From: Chrysomallon squamiferum
Lineage: Eukaryota > Animalia > Mollusca
Reading direction: 5' to 3'
DNA: 64,000 nucleotides
NCBI GenBank assembly: GCA_012295275.1
Contig: CM022676.1
Coordinates: forward strand, 17,794,001-17,858,000
Part shown: piece by piece, positions 56,332 through 64,000 of the stretch
How the letters are laid out: each line of letters starts with the position of its first letter
Numbering within the stretch: the stretch's first letter is position 1
Notes under the pieces: model-generated
What the model saw: the letters and a program-made list of their open reading frames with translations, nothing else
What the model was told of the DNA's origin: nothing
Database searches by the model: none
Position numbers and translations under genes: made by a program

Positions 56332-56763
56332 GTGCTACGTTGTGGTTTTCGATGCGAGAGATGGGCGGAGGAGGTACGACGATGCGTGTTCGAACTCAGA
56401 GACCCCCCAGCGACGGTATCGGTCGGAACTCAAACTTCCGACATGGACGACGAGGACAACATCTCCGCCGGAGACGCCTTCGAAACGTCTTCGAAACGGC
56501 GGTCGTACCGGAATCCTTCGTGTTCAGAGAGAAGACATCGTTGCACGTCGAATGGAGGGAGCATCCATGAGTCACCCGAAGAGGGGAGCATGGGTCGATT
56601 ACGAAGAGCACTTTCTTTGTTTTCCTTTACGACGGCCTCGAAGTTTAAAAAACCCCACATTTTGAAGTCATTCTTTTCCGCCGTGACGTCACACCACAAT
56701 TTCATGAGATTGCAAACCGGAAGTGACGTAGCTCTCGTAACATGTGGTACATTGACTCACTGA
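56332..56763 (+). other. 5'-truncated orphan reading frame in the insert, with a TQT (dynein light chain LC8-type) motif
   Basis: Open frame from the insert edge reading ..PPATVSVGTQTSDMDDEDNI..; no authentic start, and the 3' end runs through the next promoter. Confidence 0.35.
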
Positions 56764-56832
56764 GACCAATCACTGACTGTAAAAAAAAAATAGTATATAA
56801 AAAATTAGGACGGAGTAGTTTCGTTCATTATT
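56680..56832 (+). promoter_or_regulatory. Compact RNA polymerase II promoter
   Basis: TGACGTCA 56684 (CRE), CCGGAAGTGACGT 56717 (ETS-CRE composite), TGACTCA 56753 (AP-1), CCAAT 56766, TATATAAA 56794, Inr-like TCATT 56825 about 31 nt after TATA; ATG at 56897. Confidence 0.72.
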
Positions 56833-56896
56833 GTAGGGTCTTCGGGAGAAGAAGGACGTGATTTTAGAAATCTGCAAGAGAGAGAAGACAAGCAAG

Positions 56897-58131
56897 ATGC
56901 CTTACTACAGTTTGATAGTCAGTCCTGGAACGGGAATTCACGCGAGAGATTCCCGCCTTGGTCAATTGTTTTCTCGCAGGTATCTCATTGTCATGGTGAA
57001 GCAAAAGAACTGCAACTTCACAGATTCCAAAGGTCGCCCATTCGCTCAGTACGTGTCCAAAGACCTCCTGAACGTCGTTCCAGTGTTGAGGTGGAGCACG
57101 AAACTGCAACACCTGGAAGAACTTCCTGTAGATCTCAGGCGATTCCTGAACAGAGCCAAGGTCTTTCTGACGTCGAACGTCCGACCCAGGGTCGGCTCGG
57201 ACGACGGCAAACGACACAGCAACCTCGTGGTGCACACAGGCACCGACGACTCTAGTCTGCACATCGTCTGCACCGCTCCAGCCCGGAAGAGGCTCTACGA
57301 AGACAAAGAGTTGCAGGCGCTGAGCAAAGAAGCAGGCAGGTGCGGTCTGCGACTCACCGTCCGCAGAGTCTGCAATCTTCTCTTCTACACGAAGTTTGTG
57401 AAGAACATGAAGAGAGGATACTCCTCCCTCGGTACGAACTCACTGGAGGTCGGTTACCGCTGGAGAAGCGTCGAAGACTCTCGTTCTGAAAGAGGTAGCC
57501 ACGAATCCAAAAGACGGAGATGTCGCGGTTGAAGAGGTCGCGGAGGACGGTGTCGTAGCGGACTGGAGCAAGGAGTGTTTCCATTCCGGTCCTGGTGCAG
57601 CCACCGCAGACACCACCGGGAGCGACGCCGCTGCTGCCAACCGGGCAGAGAAACTAAAGAACGGACAGGTCACCACGTCCCAGCACTTTCTTCCAAGCAA
57701 TCAGGAAACGGAAATAAAACAACGAAAAGGGTCGAGAAAGAACGAGGAAGAAACGGTGAGTTACCTTCAGTTTTCTGAAACGCAACAACACAGACGTCAC
57801 CTTTTTATTTCCATTTCATTTGAACTCACACGTCCCTCTTTTTAACAGACTTTTCGTTTCTTCTTTCCAGATGAATGAAGATTGACTAGGCGTGAAGAAG
57901 AACGAAAAGAACGCTGTCGACGTATGTTGCACAAACCACGTTCAATCAACTACGTGTATCCTCAGAAAGTGCACTTGGAACTTTCACGAGACGTTTGTTT
58001 ACTGTCTTTTCATATTAGTTCTCTTCCTTCTCAGCTTCGCATTGGTCTCTTTCTTTCTCAATTTAGACCAGACTATTCGACAACGACTGACTTGTTACGA
58101 CCGACATATTTTCACAGCAGTTCCAAAGTGA
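56897..58131 (+). pseudogene. Orphan two-exon gene: globular N-domain, acidic linker, C-terminal TM anchor; frameshifted (211-aa ORF 56897-57532 still open)
   Basis: ORF MPYYSLIVSPG.. to 57532. A second frame is open from 57411 to a donor at 57756 (ACG|GTGAGT). Intron 57756-57870 ends TTTCCAG. Exon 2 reads MNED*LGVKK..FVYCLFILVLFLLSFALVSFFL..FTAVPK* with TGA at 57883. AATAAA at 58252. Confidence 0.6.
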
Positions 58132-58314
58132 GAAAAAATTCACTCCTATTGACCTACTGGTGGTACAAACGATGACGAAATCAGGAGACATTATACGTTA
58201 TTAAGATCTATTCTCTGTTCGTGTTATCCTTTTTTTTTTTTTTTGAAGTTTAATAAATTTGCAATGTTACAAGATTCTGCACAGTGTTGTTCTGTTCCAC
58301 TCTATATGATTGTT

Positions 58315-58658
58315 GCGACGCATGGGAGACAACTCCACTTAGAGAAATTAATACATTTTACAATGTAAGGGAGGTAATTCTAATTAAGAAAATATTTTGT
58401 ATCCTACGGTCTAAGAGAGATAACTCCATTTAAGGAAATTATTAAAAATTTACGGTCTAAGAGAAATAACTCTATTTAAGGACATTATTAAAAATGTACG
58501 GTCTAAGAGGGATAACTCCATTTAAGGAAATTATTAAAAATGTACGGTCAAAGAGAGATAACTCCATATAAGGAAATTATTTAAAATGTACGGTCTAAGA
58601 GAGATAACTCCATTTAAGAAATTATTAAAAATTTACGGTCTGAGACTGATAAAACCAT

Positions 58659-58680
<22 letters not shown>
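58315..58680. repeat. 46-bp minisatellite, 6 clear plus about 2 degenerate units
   Basis: Unit TACGGTCTAAGAGAGATAACTCCATTTAAGGAAATTATTAAAAATG starting at 58405, 58451, 58497, 58543, 58589 and 58634. Confidence 0.92.
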
Positions 58681-60522
<1,842 letters not shown>

Positions 60523-60928
60523 TTCTGACTGGAACCGAACCAGCAGACTCGAAAGTGTCAGAGAACGTGCGTGGCGTATGTAAATGTTATCTTAGACGTT
60601 AAATATTTAAAACAAAACTTTTTTTTTTTTTACTGTTATTATCACCACATATGTTCGTCTTCACGCTCATTTTTATTTTTTGTTTGTTCATTGTCTGAAT
60701 AAAAATTTAAAAAGATAAAAAATAAATAAATAAATAAAATAAAATAAAGATTATGACGATGACGATGATGATAGTAATAATAATGATAATACTAACAATA
60801 AATAATATATATATATATATATATATAGGTTATATATATACATACATACATAAACAAATACATACATTCATATTGTTGTTTAAAAGAACAAAATAAAACG
60901 GATGGAAAAGGGTACAGACAGATATTAA

Positions 60929-61019
<91 letters not shown>

Positions 61020-61690
61020 GTTTGTCTGTGTTTTTCTGTCTCTTTCTTTTATTTCTATCTCATTTTTTAAATGTTAAAGGTTTCTTCTTTTTTAATTTAT
61101 TAACGAAATCAATAATAATAAATAAATACGAATTAATAAGTGTGCCTGTATATTTATATATAAATATATCAGTATTTGTACGTGAGTATGGATGATTATA
61201 TTCTGTTAATATTTATCTGCATTTGTTTATTCTATTTTTGTTTTTTGGCTTATATTTATTTATTTATTAATTTGTTTCTTGTTTGTTTCTTTATTGATTT
61301 TAACAATACAAAAATAAATTATTGAAATTAAGAACTTCAAAAATAACAACTTGATTCTATTAATTTTAAAAAAAATTGTAATAGGATGGACTTACCTTTT
61401 CTTCTTTCTTTCTTTTTCTTATATATATATATTTTTTCATTTTATTTTTTTTTTTTTTTTAGAGAAAATTTTCCTTACAGCTGATATAATAAACATGTTC
61501 CGGGTTTTTCTGTTATCAAAGATTTTCTTACAGGTAAACAACAAACGTCGTGTCAACAGATATCTGAAAACACGTGACGTATAAATACAAATAAATAAAT
61601 AAACAGTAAATAAAATAAGTCGTGAAATATTCTCAATGGTGGTATGTTTTGTTATTTCTTTACATTTCTTATTTCTTAATTCTTATTATC

Positions 61691-61890
61691 NNNNNNNNNN
61701 NNNNNNNNNNNNNNNNNNNNNNNNNNNNNNNNNNNNNNNNNNNNNNNNNNNNNNNNNNNNNNNNNNNNNNNNNNNNNNNNNNNNNNNNNNNNNNNNNNNN
61801 NNNNNNNNNNNNNNNNNNNNNNNNNNNNNNNNNNNNNNNNNNNNNNNNNNNNNNNNNNNNNNNNNNNNNNNNNNNNNNNNNNNNNNNNNN
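61691..61890. other. Assembly gap (200 N)
   Basis: Run of N; the dispersed module resumes immediately after it. Confidence 0.99.
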
Positions 61891-62085
61891 CCCAACTCCT
61901 AGATCATTGTGAATCAGTCCCTTGTTCAACCTAACTTGAACGTGCACAGTAAAAAAAAGACAAAACATAATCTCTTACATCAAAATTTAAAACACGAGTA
62001 TAAGATCTCTAGTGAGATACCATTTATTGCTCAAACTAACTCGAGCGTGCACAGCAAAGTAAAGGCGAAATATGATTTGTAACAC
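61891..62085. repeat. Partial copy of the dispersed module
   Basis: CTAGATCATTGTGAATCAGTCCCTTGTTCAA.CTAACTTGAACGTGCACAG matches 16025-16210. Confidence 0.85.
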
Positions 62086-63753
62086 ATTAGGGCTTCATTC
62101 ATTTTTGCTTTTGAGTCAGTTTATAGCAAAACAAAATCGTTGATATACACGAATCCCTACTGAAATAAATGTGTTAGATATACGTGTTATATGTACGTGT
62201 TACCTTCTTCCACTCAAGATAACTAAACACACTCGATCTTAGATGTTTTTCAGTAAAGATATTGTTACTTATCTTAACAACAAATAAGTAATTGGTATTA
62301 TATGATATAAAATGTTCAGAGAAATTTTTATTTTGTAATGTGTCTAGTAAATTTAATGCATATGTTTTGATTATGTAAACAACTTCAGACATTCTCCTAA
62401 ATATATCATAACAATTTAGCGACAGAAAATGCAAAAAATATGCAGTTTTAAATTACTTTTCTGTTTATGCACTTTTGTATGTTTCTTACAGTAACACATA
62501 TTTTAATTTATTTGACAAACATTTACTACTAGGAATGTCTAGAACATTTATTATTATTATTATTATTATTATTTATTATTATTATTATTATTATTATTGA
62601 TAGTGTAGAAACTTATCTATTTAGCACATTAATTTACTTTACTTGTTTTTATATTAAAATGGATTAGCATACAGAAACAGGGTAACCATTTGTCCCTGCT
62701 TCGACCTTAAACAAGGATAACGCAAAAATCTAGTTACCAACATAGATGTCTAATAATGGCCATGAACTGGACCGTCCCACGCGTTCTGTGTGTCTTTGTC
62801 TTTTTCTTTGATCCCCCGGGCCCTTTTGTCTCTTACTTAAATAAACTTAATGCGTATCAATGGCGGAGCCGAGAAAAATTCCTTTTGTCTCTCGCTAATG
62901 ATAGTTAATTGTTAAAAGATTTCATTAATTGATTACTGTTAACTAACAATACATATTTGATTAATATATACTGTTAGGAATTTTTGTAGAAATGAATAGG
63001 CAACATATTCACTTACTTTAACGATGGATACAATTCAGTTATGATATCTTAGACTGTATTAAAGTAAGCTGTTTAAGTAAATAATCATTATGTTATCGAT
63101 ATTATCAAAACTGTATCTTAATGGTACAACAATATAAAATATTATAATAAGTAAAAATAGAAATGGCTACCAGCGGATTCTTCAAGTAGGTATAAAGTAA
63201 ATTGCAGTCCGTGGTTTAATAAATAAGTTAGGACTAATTTTCTAAATTAAACACCACAGAAGACAATAAATCCAAATATGGCTGAGAAATCTTTCCATAG
63301 CTTGATCGAGGCCCTATTAGCGTACAGTTAAAAACTCTACTGCGTAAGATAAAACCAGTTTACTGCCATAGTTGTATTATTTTATATTGCATTTTATGTG
63401 ATGAATAAAAATAAAATTAAAATAAAGAAATAAAGAAAGAAAACAAATACAAATAAATAAATAACAAAAAGGAATGAGTGACAAAAATAAATAATTGAAA
63501 TAAAAAATAAATAAAAATAAACGCAAATTAAAAATAAGAATTACTACCACAAGTGATGAGTATCAGTCTTAATATTTGAACAATCATTTTTATTTTTGTT
63601 TTTTGTTGTTGTTTTTTACGTTTATATTTAGGTCCTATATATATGTATATATAGTGTTTGTCATATCTGCGTTTAGGTCGCTTTGACTCATAACATGTAC
63701 AATTAAAAGCATGTCCCATATTTTCTGATTAACCATTACATTGCATTTTTCAG

Positions 63754-63830
63754 GATCCTAGGTATAACGTTTCTTGTCGCCAGTACTATTAGCACACTAT
63801 TTTTATCTGACCTACATAAGAGACACTCGT
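63754..63830 (+). mobile_element. Possible decayed hAT/ZBED transposase fragment
   Basis: Reads DPRYNVSCRQYY*HTI..SDLH (one stop, one frameshift), resembling the DPRY..PSR.YF...IP.LY block of hAT transposases. Short, by-eye match only. Confidence 0.28.
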
Positions 63831-64000
63831 TAGTGATAGGTTATTCATCAATATACTTTGAGAAATAAAGATAAATATTTTACAGACAAAATAAGATAAT
63901 AACAGATATATATATAGTTAACATGCTTGAAAGACAACTTACATTATACGGGACACATGGTATGTAATAAAATATGTGCATGTATTTACTGCAAAAGGTG

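Noticed and set aside
57200-57310. HUH/Rep endonuclease (parvovirus- or Helitron-like) suggested by LHIV and YEDK
   Set aside because: No second His in the HUH position and no helicase Walker motifs; not supportable by eye.
57990-58131. KASH domain at the end of the orphan gene
   Set aside because: TM plus short tail fits the layout, but the terminal PPPX motif is absent (ends AVPK).
61622-61968. ORFs spanning the N run
   Set aside because: Artefacts of the assembly gap.

Overview
AT-rich, microsatellite-dense, intron-containing animal DNA; the gene families suggest a lophotrochozoan, probably a mollusc (inference). The window is a patchwork of local duplications that looks like a birth-and-death gene cluster. 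(1) Three two-exon BTB-BACK-PHR genes (BTBD1/2/3/6 family): one pseudogene at 3148-4731 and two intact at 12430-13914 and 44627-46195, with differences concentrated in PHR loops. (2) An intact gene with 13 coding exons (23234-32584, about 968 aa) for a type I membrane receptor with 8 Ig-like domains and an ITAM-like YxxL-x10-YxxL tail, plus three decayed relatives (20278-21080, 49020-52420 and an inverted exon at 54439-54753). (3) A minus-strand secreted gene (lysozyme-like domain + vWA + chitin-binding-like repeats, 55432-60522) broken by a GC/CpG-rich, compact insert of about 2.3 kb (56327-58680) that carries a textbook promoter, an orphan tail-anchored gene and a 46-bp minisatellite. (4) A recurring 1-2 kb module with conserved minus-strand splice signals, a MITE-like foldback, a possible hAT relic and a 200-N gap. 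Most ORFs in the supplied track are microsatellite artefacts. All exon models were built by hand from splice signals and frame continuity; no database search or expression data were available.
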